DNA of 64,000 bases from Mariprofundaceae bacterium (GTDB taxonomy: Bacteria; Pseudomonadota; Zetaproteobacteria; Mariprofundales; Mariprofundaceae), in assembly GCA_015488115.1 (NCBI GenBank), contig WFOK01000015.1:14589-78588 (forward strand). The letters run 5' to 3'. Below the pieces are notes generated by a model that made no database searches, was not told where the DNA came from, and saw nothing but the letters and a program-made list of their open reading frames with translations. Positions 17,564-26,656 of this stretch are shown here, in pieces (position 1 is the stretch's first letter; every line of letters begins with the position of its first letter). Made by a program: the position numbers and the translations under genes.

Positions 17564-19915
17564 ATGCGCTTTTTTTCAATCCTTTTCAAACTGCTGCTCG
17601 CTCTCATGCTGCTGGCGGGACTGTCGGCCGGCGGCGCGTACCTGTATTACGCGAGCACACTACCCAACCTTTCCGTGCTATCCGATTACAGGCCATGGCT
17701 TGCGAGCCGCGTTTACAACACCGATGGCGAGCTCATCGCCGAATATGCGGACGAACACCGGATCCTGGTGCCTTTCGAGAAGCTGCCCAAAAAGCTGATT
17801 CATGCCTTCCTGGCCGCCGAGGACCAACAGTTCTACGAACATCCGGGCATCAATCCGGCCCGAATCCTTTCGGCGGCCGTGGCCAATCTGAAGGCCGGTC
17901 ATACGGTCCAGGGGGGATCCACGATCACCCAGCAGGTCGCAAAGAACTTCCTGCTCTCGCCCGAGCGTTCCTTGGCGCGAAAGATCCGGGAAGCCATTCT
18001 GGCCTATCGCATCGAGCAGACCTTCACCAAGGATCATATCCTTTATCTTTATCTGAACCAGATTTACCTTGGACGCGGTGCCTATGGCGTGGCCAGCGCC
18101 GCGTGGCGATATTTTCACAAACGACTGGACGAGCTAACGCTGGCCGAATGCGCGATGCTGGCAGGCCTGCCGAAGGCTCCCAGCAAGTATGCTCCCCACC
18201 TGCATCCCGAGCTGGCGCTTCAGAGGCGCAATACCGTGCTGTCACTGATGGAGAAGAGCCACTTTGCCTCCTCGGAGGAGGTGGCCAGGGCCATGCACGA
18301 ACCGCTGAAAACGGCCCCTCTGCCCAAAGCCAGACTTGTCAATGCCTATGCCGATGAAGTCTATCGCCAACTGGAACGCCGCTTTGGAAGCAAGGCGCTG
18401 CGCCGCGGTGGCCTTAGCATTGTGATCCCCTATGACGCCACAGCTGAAGCGGCGGCCATCCACGCGCTCCGGCGCGGCGTCCTCGATCTGGAACAGGAGC
18501 AGTTTTACCGGTTTCCAGCGCATGCAGAACGCTCACAATGGAAAGAGCTTCTCGACCAGTGGCGTGTAAAACGGCATTCGGAGACCCTGGCCGATGATGA
18601 GATCGCGCCGGCGCTTGTCATCGAAGCCGGCCCACACCGGCTGCGCATCCACGATGGATTCAAGACGTTCTGGATAGCCAAGCCAAAATGGCAATGGGAA
18701 AAACCGAAACATGCCGACAACCAGGAACGCGCAAGGGGACCTGCAACATGGATTGCCGGAGATATCATCATGCTTCAGGGCGACGGTCATGGAGGCGTAA
18801 AACTGACCCAGAAGCCCTCCATCGAGGCAGCGCTCTACAGCATTGACCTTGAGCGGGGAACCATGCTGGCGCGCGTCGGAGGCTTCGACTACCGAATCGG
18901 CGGCTTCGACCGGGTGAGCCAGGCCAAGCGTCAGCCGGGCAGCGCATTCAAGCCCTTTCTGTATGTCACCGCTCTGGAGAACGGCCTGACTCCCGCCTCC
19001 ATCATCATGGATGCCCCCGTCGTCTTCGGCAACGGAAGCTTCGATGAATACTGGCGACCGGACAATTACAAGAACCGGTTTGCAGGGCCGGTCACGCTGC
19101 GCGATGCGCTCGAGCACTCGCGGAACCTTGCCTCCATCAGGCTATTGCAGGATCTGGGCATTGATCGGTTCCTGCTTGCGCTGGAAAACTACCCCCTGGG
19201 CAGAAGCTTTCCCAAACAGCTCGCGCTTGCATTGGGGGTCACAGAGGTCAGCCTTGAGGCCCTGACGGAATCTTATGCCGTGCTGGCCACGGGTCAGCGA
19301 TGGAAGCCCGTGGCCGTCGCCCAGGTACAGGACCGTTTCGGACGAACCCTGCACCGTTCCGTGGCGGGCACCCGCTGCTCCGTATGTCACCTGGCTCCCG
19401 TTGCGGCGGCAAGCGACAGCATGCGTCCGGCAACGCGCGTGCTCGACCCCGTGGACAGTTTCCTGATCACGAACATGATGAAGGGCGTCATCGAGCGGGG
19501 CACCGGACGGCGGGCCTTGGCGCTCGGCCGGCCTGCCGCAGGGAAAACCGGCACCACGAACAAGCAGGTGGATGCTTGGTTCATGGGCTATACCCCCCAG
19601 GTTCTCACTGGCGTATGGGTCGGCCGCGACATACCCTCCAGCATGGGGAGGCGTCAGACAGGAGCTCATGCAGCCCTGCCCATCTGGCTGGAGGCCATGA
19701 AGCATTTTCACCGGAACCGTCCCGTCCGAGATTTCTCCGTGCCGGATGGCATCGAATTCCTCGATATCGACCGCAAGACCGGTCGGCCGGCGCAGCAGCA
19801 GGAGGGGGTGGAGATCATCCACGAGGCCTTCCGCGAGGGAACGGCACCCTCGGCCCCCGAGGATTCACCGGACCATAACCAAGAGGATACCTCGTTTTTC
19901 GAACTTGGACTTTAG
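17564..19915 (+). CDS. mrcA: Penicillin-binding protein 1A (bifunctional glycosyltransferase/transpeptidase)
   Basis: 783 aa from ATG 17564 (the track start 17555 is TTG). Glycosyltransferase motifs EDQQFYEHPGI and GGSTITQQVAKN. Transpeptidase motifs SAFKP and KTGTTN. Confidence 0.93.
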   Translation: MRFFSILFKLLLALMLLAGLSAGGAYLYYASTLPNLSVLSDYRPWLASRVYNTDGELIAEYADEHRILVPFEKLPKKLIHAFLAAEDQQFYEHPGINPARILSAAVANLKAGHTVQGGSTITQQVAKNFLLSPERSLARKIREAILAYRIEQTFTKDHILYLYLNQIYLGRGAYGVASAAWRYFHKRLDELTLAECAMLAGLPKAPSKYAPHLHPELALQRRNTVLSLMEKSHFASSEEVARAMHEPLKTAPLPKARLVNAYADEVYRQLERRFGSKALRRGGLSIVIPYDATAEAAAIHALRRGVLDLEQEQFYRFPAHAERSQWKELLDQWRVKRHSETLADDEIAPALVIEAGPHRLRIHDGFKTFWIAKPKWQWEKPKHADNQERARGPATWIAGDIIMLQGDGHGGVKLTQKPSIEAALYSIDLERGTMLARVGGFDYRIGGFDRVSQAKRQPGSAFKPFLYVTALENGLTPASIIMDAPVVFGNGSFDEYWRPDNYKNRFAGPVTLRDALEHSRNLASIRLLQDLGIDRFLLALENYPLGRSFPKQLALALGVTEVSLEALTESYAVLATGQRWKPVAVAQVQDRFGRTLHRSVAGTRCSVCHLAPVAAASDSMRPATRVLDPVDSFLITNMMKGVIERGTGRRALALGRPAAGKTGTTNKQVDAWFMGYTPQVLTGVWVGRDIPSSMGRRQTGAHAALPIWLEAMKHFHRNRPVRDFSVPDGIEFLDIDRKTGRPAQQQEGVEIIHEAFREGTAPSAPEDSPDHNQEDTSFFELGL

Positions 19916-20274
19916 GGTCGGCCAAGCCGCCTCATGGCCTCTAGCCCATCTTTCAGCGCATCGACCTTGGCCGCCATGATGAAATCATTCTCATGCAGCC
20001 CGCCGATCTTGTGGGTGTAAAACACGACCGTACAATAACCCCAGCCATAGCAGATGTCGGGATGGTGCCCCTCTTGTTCGGCCAGCTCCCCGACGCGGCA
20101 GGCGAATGACTGGGCCGATGCGAAATCAGGGAAAGAAAAGCTTCGCCGGAGCTTGCCAGCCTGCTCGATCAGGGACCAACCGGGCACCTCGCGCAACCAT
20201 TGCTCAGCCTGACGGACATCCATGGGCGCCAGACCGCCCTGGCAGGGGACACACTTCTTGTTCTTCAGCTTCAT
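19912..20274 (-). CDS. phhB: Pterin-4-alpha-carbinolamine dehydratase
   Basis: 120 aa from ATG 20274. CVPCQGG N-terminus and the EQEGHHPDI motif. Its stop overlaps the mrcA stop on the other strand. Confidence 0.85.
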   Translation of the reverse strand: MKLKNKKCVPCQGGLAPMDVRQAEQWLREVPGWSLIEQAGKLRRSFSFPDFASAQSFACRVGELAEQEGHHPDICYGWGYCTVVFYTHKIGGLHENDFIMAAKVDALKDGLEAMRRLGRP

Positions 20275-20278
20275 TGAG

Positions 20279-21028
20279 TCACTCCTCTTCATCCACGCTC
20301 CGCCCCCAGATATCACTCAGCCGCTCCTGTCTGCGGGACATTTCCTTGTAACGCTGGTAACGGCCCGCATGTCGCCGGTAGTAATGCTGGTGTTCGGCTT
20401 CCGCAGGATAAAAGGGGCCAGCCGACCGGATCTCGGTGACCACCGGTCCAGCCAGGCGCCCACTCTGTTCAAGCCGCCGCCGGGACAGCTCGGCCAGGTG
20501 ACGCTGGGCATCATCCAGCACAAAGATGATGCTCCGATAGGCGGGGCCAATATCGGCAAACTGTCCGTCCCGCTGAAGCGGATCGATCTGATGCCAATAG
20601 ACATCCAGCAAGGCGGCATAACCGACAATCTCCGGATCAAAGCTCACCCGAACGGCTTCGACGTGACCTCCCTCCCCCCGGTGCACGTCCTCATAGCGGG
20701 GATGGGCTAGATGTCCGCCGGTATAACCGACCTCCGTGACCACAACACCTCGCACGCAGTCAAAGGCCTCCTGGATACACCAGAAACAGCCGCCTGCAAA
20801 GATCGCCTGCTCAAGCTTGCTCATGTCCACATCTTCATGGACGACCCCGGGCGCATGTTTCCAGGCCAGATATTCCTCATACTCATCCCGTTCCATCTTG
20901 CCCTGAATGAACAACTCATGATCGGCCAGCATATCCTCATCCGGTCTTCCATGCCGGGCGTAAAATGCCTCGGCCTGAAGACGACGGCGCTCGATTTCGC
21001 CCCGATCAATGGCCGTCACGCGCAACAT
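20279..21028 (-). CDS. msrA: Peptide-methionine (S)-S-oxide reductase MsrA with a roughly 68-aa N-terminal extension
   Basis: The catalytic GGCFWC motif and MsrA core run from about residue 70. The frame stays open upstream to ATG 21028 and has protein-like composition. ATG 20824 is the alternative core-only start. Confidence 0.85.
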   Translation of the reverse strand: MLRVTAIDRGEIERRRLQAEAFYARHGRPDEDMLADHELFIQGKMERDEYEEYLAWKHAPGVVHEDVDMSKLEQAIFAGGCFWCIQEAFDCVRGVVVTEVGYTGGHLAHPRYEDVHRGEGGHVEAVRVSFDPEIVGYAALLDVYWHQIDPLQRDGQFADIGPAYRSIIFVLDDAQRHLAELSRRRLEQSGRLAGPVVTEIRSAGPFYPAEAEHQHYYRRHAGRYQRYKEMSRRQERLSDIWGRSVDEEE

Positions 21029-21060
21029 GGCCAACCGGCGCCAAATATCGGGGTGAAGTC

Positions 21061-21801
21061 TCACAGCCCTTCCCGCTCGATGAAGGCCTCGAGGGCCTTG
21101 CATGTCTGCTCGATCAGCGCTCCGAGCTCCCGCTCCATGAACCCGTCGCGCAAGTTTTCGCCCTGCCTGGCCAGGGCCTCCTGCCGCTGGCACCAGTCCG
21201 CCAGGCTGCTGGCACCGAACATGCCTGCGGCGCCCTTGAGGCCATGCAGCAAATTACGCACCTCCTGCCCGTCTCCATGTTTCGCCGCCTGATGAATCCT
21301 TCGTTCATAATCGCGGAGCGATTCGGTAAACGTGTCAATCATTCTGGCCAACTTCCTGTCTCGGCCCAATGCCTGCACCAGTTCCTGCAGCACCCTCTCC
21401 TGCAGGATGCCCCCCGCATCCGAAGGGTTCCGCGATTGTTCAAGAGCACCCACCCGGCTGATCAATTCCGAAGGCGTCAAGGGCTTTGGCCAGAAGGCCG
21501 TCGCGCCCGCCGCCAGCACGGCCTCCTTCGTTTCCGGGGCATGATCCGCACTGAGAATGACCACAGATGGCTGGACCGGACACGGTTCGGTGTGCATGCG
21601 TTTCAGCAGTTCGAGGCCATCCATGCCGGGCAAACACAGATCGAGCAGGAGCACATCGTAGGCCTTGCCCGATTGCAGCCGATCCCAGGCGGCATCCCCG
21701 GAAGCTGCACCCTCAACCTCGTGGCCTTCGCCGCTCAGGAAATCGATCATCATCTGACGCACCACAAGGTTGTCCTCGGCCAAAAGGATCTTCAAAGGCA
21801 T
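21061..21801 (-). CDS. Response-regulator receiver domain fused to a C-terminal HPt phosphotransfer domain
   Basis: 246 aa with SD GAGGAG 7 nt upstream. REC motifs ILLAEDN, LLLDLCLPGMDG and WPKP. HPt motif LHGLKGAAGMFGA. Confidence 0.85.
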   Translation of the reverse strand: MPLKILLAEDNLVVRQMMIDFLSGEGHEVEGAASGDAAWDRLQSGKAYDVLLLDLCLPGMDGLELLKRMHTEPCPVQPSVVILSADHAPETKEAVLAAGATAFWPKPLTPSELISRVGALEQSRNPSDAGGILQERVLQELVQALGRDRKLARMIDTFTESLRDYERRIHQAAKHGDGQEVRNLLHGLKGAAGMFGASSLADWCQRQEALARQGENLRDGFMERELGALIEQTCKALEAFIEREGL

Positions 21802-21913
21802 GGGCAGCTCCTCATGTGTTTGTTGGCCTTGATAGCAGGGATGGTGTCATTTTGCAACAGCCCATGCGATAAAGGTTTGACGAAAGAACTGATTTTTTCA
21901 CATGTTACAAGCA

Positions 21914-21927
21914 GTGACCTGGGTCAC
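21914..21927. promoter_or_regulatory. Perfect palindrome GTGACC-TG-GGTCAC upstream of the rpfF-like gene (candidate operator)
   Basis: Read directly. It lies 26 nt upstream of ATG 21953, just 5' of the SD AAGGAG (21940-21945), in the 151-bp divergent intergenic region. Confidence 0.3.
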
Positions 21928-21952
21928 AAAACCACCTTCAAGGAGCTGCACC

Positions 21953-22798
21953 ATGAACGTCAACACCACATACACACCATCCCCGCTCTCCAAACCCTTC
22001 CAGACCCTGGACATTCAATACGAGGAAGACCTGCATCTTGCCTGGTACATCATGCATCCCAGGCCCCGCCCCTGCTGCACGCTTGAGCTCATTCATGAAA
22101 TCCAGCAATGGTTTTCCATGCTCATGCGCGACCCACTCGGCAAGGATATCCGCTACATTGTCCTTGCCTCGGATGTCCCGGGCATCTTCAATCTGGGCGG
22201 CGACCTGGACTACTTCATCCGGCTTATCCGCAACCGTGACAGCGCCGCTCTGCTCCAGTATGCCGAGGACTGCATCGACACGATGATGCTCAACCATCAT
22301 GGCCTGGACAGGGGCATCACGACCATGGCCCTGGCGCAGGGCGACTGTCTCGGCGGCGGTCTTGAATATGCGCTGTCCAGCGACGTGTTCATCGCCGAAC
22401 GGTCTGCGCGCATGGGCTTCCCCGATATCCTTTTCAACATGTTCCCCGGCATCGGAGCCTTCAGCCTGCTGGCAAGAAAAATCGGCGCCTCCGCAGCCGA
22501 GCGCATCATCACGGGAGGAAGGGTCTATTCGGCGGAAGAAATGTTTGACATGGGCGTCGTCGATGTCCTGGCAGAGGATGGGCAAGGAGAGAAGGCCGTT
22601 CATGATTTCATCGCCAAGGAACAGCGGGCCATCAATGGCTATTGCATGTTCCGAAAGGCGAAGAAGCTCACGCACCCACTGACGCGGCAGGAACTGATGG
22701 ACGTCGCCAAAGTCTGGGTTGAGGCGGCCATGAACGTGCGCGAGAAGGACATCCGCATGATGCAGCGCTTGATCAAGCGCCAGTCCGTGCGATCATAA
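21953..22798 (+). CDS. rpfF: RpfF-like DSF-family signal synthase (crotonase superfamily)
   Basis: 281 aa from ATG 21953 (SD AAGGAG). Collinear with my recollection of Xanthomonas RpfF: IFNLGGDL, LAQGDCLGGGLEYALS, FPDILFNMFPGIGAFSLL, VYSAEEMFDMGVVDV, VWVEAAMNVREKDIRMMQRLIKRQ. Confidence 0.8.
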   Translation: MNVNTTYTPSPLSKPFQTLDIQYEEDLHLAWYIMHPRPRPCCTLELIHEIQQWFSMLMRDPLGKDIRYIVLASDVPGIFNLGGDLDYFIRLIRNRDSAALLQYAEDCIDTMMLNHHGLDRGITTMALAQGDCLGGGLEYALSSDVFIAERSARMGFPDILFNMFPGIGAFSLLARKIGASAAERIITGGRVYSAEEMFDMGVVDVLAEDGQGEKAVHDFIAKEQRAINGYCMFRKAKKLTHPLTRQELMDVAKVWVEAAMNVREKDIRMMQRLIKRQSVRS

Positions 22799-22811
22799 GT
22801 CACCGGCTCCG

Positions 22812-22847
22812 GGGGAACGGCGTAAATGCGCGTAGACGCCGTTCCCC
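22812..22847. terminator. Hairpin between the convergent rpfF-like and rpfC-like genes (bidirectional terminator candidate)
   Basis: An 11-bp perfect GC-rich stem, GGGGAACGGCG (22812-22822) with CGCCGTTCCCC (22837-22847), and a 14-nt loop. Confidence 0.5.
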
Positions 22848-22861
22848 GCGGAGAACCCGCC

Positions 22862-25318
22862 TCATGATCCGAGCTCCCGATGCAATGCCGCGCAACTGCT
22901 CCGGAAAACGGCTTCCAGCTCTTCGCAAAACGCATGCATGCGGGAACGGGTCAGGGGTTCATCGCCTTCCTCGATATGCCGGCAGCATTCGCTAAGCCAT
23001 TTCGCGCCCATGGTGCCGGCCGTTCCCTTCAGGCCATGCACGGCCTTCCGGAAAAGATCTGGACGCCCCTCGAAGGCATGGGCCCTGAGTTGGCGCATCA
23101 GGGACAAGCCGTTCTCCTCGAAGAGCTCGAGGAACCTGAGCAATTGCTCCCTCGATCCCGTGACCTGCCGGAGATCTTCGATCAGGTCGTGATCCAGGAG
23201 ATCATCCGCGGCAATGGGATTTGGTGCGTCCACCACGGCTGCCGGCGGCTCGTCGACCTCAACGGAGGCATATTTGGACAAGGTCTCCAGCAATCTGGGA
23301 ATGCTCACCGGTTTGGTCAGATAATCATTGGCTCCGGCATCGAGGCAGGCCTGAATTGTGGAATCCAGCGCATCGGCGCTGAGCATGATCACCGGCGTGG
23401 AGGCCGAGGTATCCATGAACCTGAATTGCTTGAGCACGTCCAGGCCGCTGACCTCCGGCATGTTCATGTCGAGCAGCACAAGATCAAAACACTGCTCACA
23501 CAATGCATCCAGGGCAGCCTCGCCGTCCCCGACGATGGTCAGCCGGTGCCCGGCCCTAGTGATGACCTCGTTCAGCACTTCCTGATTGACCGGATTGTCC
23601 TCCGCCAGCAGGATGTTCAGGCTGCGCTCCTGATGCTTGCGTCGATGGGCCTCGGCCAGTTGGACGACCCCTTTGGCATGACGGTGCAGGACACTGCTTG
23701 CATGCAGGGCGTTGAACAGCAGGGTTTCAGCCAGCGGCTCATAGAGCACGACCTTGAAGCCATGGCTGGTGAACACATGCTCCCTGGCCTTGTCGGACGA
23801 TGGAGCCAGAAGAATGAGATCCGTGTTCTGCAGGGATTTGTTGCTCTTGATCGCAGCCGCAAGTTGCAGTGGATCAAGCTGCAGGCGATCCATGCTGAGA
23901 ACCAGTGCATCCACCCCTCTGCCCTGGACGAAGGCATCCATGAGCGTGGAAAGCAGGGTCGTCTCCTCGTGATGTAGCTCATACTGGACACCCCAGCGCT
24001 CAAGCCACGGAAGCATGCGCTGTTCCTGGTCTGGCTGCACGAAAAGCAGCACGCGCAAATGCATGGTTTCCTGGAGCCCATCAGCCGTCGGCTGCAGCCT
24101 GAATGGAAGAAAAACGGAAAACGTTGTTCCCTCTCCCTCCCTACTGGCAAGCTCGATATGCCCTCCCATGAGCTCCGTCAGATGCTTGGCAATCGTCGTG
24201 CCAAGGCCCGTACCTCCATAGCGCCGCGTGACCGAGGCATCGGCCTGGGTGAAACGCTCGAAAATATGCCGTTGCGCGTCCTCGGACATGCCAATGCCCG
24301 TATCCTCGATATCGAAACGGAGCCGGACCATGCCCGGGCTTTCGCCAACGCGGCTCACGCGCACCCAGACATGGCCCTCATCCGTGAACTTCACCGCATT
24401 GCCAATGAGGTTCAGCAGAACCTGCTTGAGATGCTGCGCATCGCCCAGCAAGGCGAACGGCACCTCCGGAGCCACCATGGCCTGCACCTGAATGTTTTTC
24501 TTGCGCGCCTGCGATTCGAAAATGGCCACCAGGCCTTCGACCATGGCATGAAGATCGAAGGCCACCTCGGAAATCTCCATGCGACCGGCCTCGATGCGGG
24601 AGATGTCCAGGATGCGGTCGATGAGATCCAGCAGATGATTCGCCGACTCGTTGATCACAGTCACATAGCGCTTCTGCGTCTGGTCGAGCCTGGTTGTCGT
24701 CAGCAGCTCGCCCATGCCGATGATCCCGTTGAGCGGCGTGCGCAGCTCATGGCTCATATTGGCCAGAAACATGCTCTTGGCCTCATTGGCCGCCTGGGCC
24801 TGACCCAGCGCATGGTGCAGCCTTCGTATCAGCCGGGCCATGAATGCGGGCACCACGACAATCAGGATCAAGTATCCCCAGACAACCGTGCGATGCTCCT
24901 GCCAGAAGGCATCGGTTGTCATGACGATAAGAAAGCCGATGGCCGAAAAAACCGTTGTCAGCAGCAGGTAGTGCTCACCGTAGCGAAAGCCGTAGCCTGT
25001 GATCACCCAGAGATAAATAGCCACGAACGGAGCGCCCGTTTCTCCCGGCAGGAAAACCAGACAAAGCGTCGGCACGCCAGTGTCGCCAAACGCAGTCAGC
25101 AACTTGCGGGCAGGTTTGGGCTCAGGATCAAAATATACCCACAGCGCAATCAGCAGGGCCACGAGAAAATACGCGGCCAGCGCCATGGCGGCATAGATTT
25201 CGCCAATGAAGAGAAAAAAAACGCAGGGCCCACCGACAATCAGCAGGCGCGTGATCGACTGGGCCCGCTCGGGATTTTCATGCGAGCGGTAGCGATCCCA
25301 TCGCTGCTTCCAGCTCAT
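22862..25318 (-). CDS. rpfC: RpfC-like hybrid sensor histidine kinase (multi-TM input, HisKA, HATPase, pseudo-receiver, REC, HPt)
   Basis: 818 aa from ATG 25318 (GTG 25354 is possible). About 5 TM helices with [12 protein letters not shown]-box [11 protein letters not shown] and G boxes ([22 protein letters not shown]). REC with LLDMNMP. HPt with [12 protein letters not shown]. Convergent with the rpfF-like gene, as in Xanthomonas. Confidence 0.8.
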   Translation of the reverse strand: MSWKQRWDRYRSHENPERAQSITRLLIVGGPCVFFLFIGEIYAAMALAAYFLVALLIALWVYFDPEPKPARKLLTAFGDTGVPTLCLVFLPGETGAPFVAIYLWVITGYGFRYGEHYLLLTTVFSAIGFLIVMTTDAFWQEHRTVVWGYLILIVVVPAFMARLIRRLHHALGQAQAANEAKSMFLANMSHELRTPLNGIIGMGELLTTTRLDQTQKRYVTVINESANHLLDLIDRILDISRIEAGRMEISEVAFDLHAMVEGLVAIFESQARKKNIQVQAMVAPEVPFALLGDAQHLKQVLLNLIGNAVKFTDEGHVWVRVSRVGESPGMVRLRFDIEDTGIGMSEDAQRHIFERFTQADASVTRRYGGTGLGTTIAKHLTELMGGHIELASREGEGTTFSVFLPFRLQPTADGLQETMHLRVLLFVQPDQEQRMLPWLERWGVQYELHHEETTLLSTLMDAFVQGRGVDALVLSMDRLQLDPLQLAAAIKSNKSLQNTDLILLAPSSDKAREHVFTSHGFKVVLYEPLAETLLFNALHASSVLHRHAKGVVQLAEAHRRKHQERSLNILLAEDNPVNQEVLNEVITRAGHRLTIVGDGEAALDALCEQCFDLVLLDMNMPEVSGLDVLKQFRFMDTSASTPVIMLSADALDSTIQACLDAGANDYLTKPVSIPRLLETLSKYASVEVDEPPAAVVDAPNPIAADDLLDHDLIEDLRQVTGSREQLLRFLELFEENGLSLMRQLRAHAFEGRPDLFRKAVHGLKGTAGTMGAKWLSECCRHIEEGDEPLTRSRMHAFCEELEAVFRSSCAALHRELGS

Positions 25319-25440
25319 GGGCCCTGACTTGGCTTGCGGGGAACTCTGGACCACCGGCCGATGCTAGCACAGCTTTTCGGCAAGCGAACGGCCAGGGAAA
25401 ACACATGCATTCCGGCTCCGGCCAGGGCACAATCCCGATC

Positions 25441-25890
25441 ATGATGGAAAAGCCGAACGTTGAGGCCTTTACCGATGGGGCATGCTCGGGCAATCCGGGC
25501 CCGGGGGGCTGGGGCGTGATCCTGCGCTCTGGCCGGCATGAGAAGGAGATCTCGGGCGGAGAACCGGAAACGACGAATCAGCGCATGGAGTTGCAGGCCG
25601 CCATCGAGGCGCTGAAGGCCCTGAAACGACCCTGCAGGGTCACGATTTATTCTGATTCAAAATACGTCGTTCAGGGCATGACGGAATGGATCCACGGCTG
25701 GAAGAAAAGGGGCTGGAAAAACGCCAACCGTCAGCCCGTAGCCAATCAGGACCTATGGCGGGAACTCGACCGTCTCAGTCAAAAACATGAAGTAAGATGG
25801 GAATGGGTCCGTGGACATGCCGGCCATGAGGAAAACGAACGCGCCGACGCCCTGGCCAGGCAAGCCATTCCGGAGCCGGCCGGTCGCTGA
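25441..25890 (+). CDS. rnhA: Ribonuclease HI
   Basis: 149 aa from ATG 25441. Motifs [29 protein letters not shown] and [12 protein letters not shown]. Confidence 0.93.
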   Translation: MMEKPNVEAFTDGACSGNPGPGGWGVILRSGRHEKEISGGEPETTNQRMELQAAIEALKALKRPCRVTIYSDSKYVVQGMTEWIHGWKKRGWKNANRQPVANQDLWRELDRLSQKHEVRWEWVRGHAGHEENERADALARQAIPEPAGR

Positions 25891-25898
25891 GGTAGCAA

Positions 25899-26570
25899 TT
25901 ATTTGTCTCCACCCGGCGTTGGACGCTCGGGCAGCTCGATCTGGAGATCGTTCGATTCTTCCATGTTTTCCATGATCAGGCGCCGGATGGACGACGCGCT
26001 GCGTTTGGACAGCAAGTCCATTTCGCCGATAAGGTCAGCGCGGATGGGAACCGTCAGGCGAGCCAGGGCCAGCGAAATGGACTCGGCATCCTGACGGATA
26101 CTGCCGTCGCGCACCTTGGCGCTGATGTCTTCTAGAAACCGGTGATATTCCTCCAGCACCTCCGGCGAGGCGAAGATGGCCAGACGGTGCGTGATGAAAC
26201 GAAGACGCGTCAGTTCCTGCTCGCCGAAACGCTCCATCAGGCTCAAGGCCTCGATTCGCGCGATGAGCTCCTCATAGGTTCGCGTTTTCAACTCGATGAA
26301 CTTGATGCTCTGTTCCTTCTCGATTTCCACGGCCGTCTGCTGGTTCAGCAACATGGCCGTGATGAGCACCGTGGCCGTGGTGCCGAGGACCACGAGAATG
26401 AATTCCTGCGCAAAGGGAATGGCGGCCGCCGACTCGTAAGCCGTGCGAAGGAAAACATAGCCGCCGATAACGGTGACGGCGGTCAGCGCGAGATACAGCA
26501 CCGACTTGTTCCGCTTCATGATGAGCCAAGCATGGAAGCTTCGGATGTTTTTGCAAGTGGTGACGGGCAT
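25899..26570 (-). CDS. Hypothetical two-TM membrane protein with a helical cytoplasmic domain
   Basis: 223 aa from ATG 26570 (GAGG 7 nt upstream), or 206 aa from ATG 26519. TM helices are SVLYLALTAVTVIGGYVFL and FILVVLGTTATVLITAMLL. I recognise no family. Confidence 0.55.
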   Translation of the reverse strand: MPVTTCKNIRSFHAWLIMKRNKSVLYLALTAVTVIGGYVFLRTAYESAAAIPFAQEFILVVLGTTATVLITAMLLNQQTAVEIEKEQSIKFIELKTRTYEELIARIEALSLMERFGEQELTRLRFITHRLAIFASPEVLEEYHRFLEDISAKVRDGSIRQDAESISLALARLTVPIRADLIGEMDLLSKRSASSIRRLIMENMEESNDLQIELPERPTPGGDK

Positions 26571-26656
26571 GCCCCGACCTCGCCGGAAAAGGACGAGGAA
26601 ACAGGTATGGGCTGCTCAGACATGGCTGCTGCGGTTGTGCGACTTCCCGATCCAGG

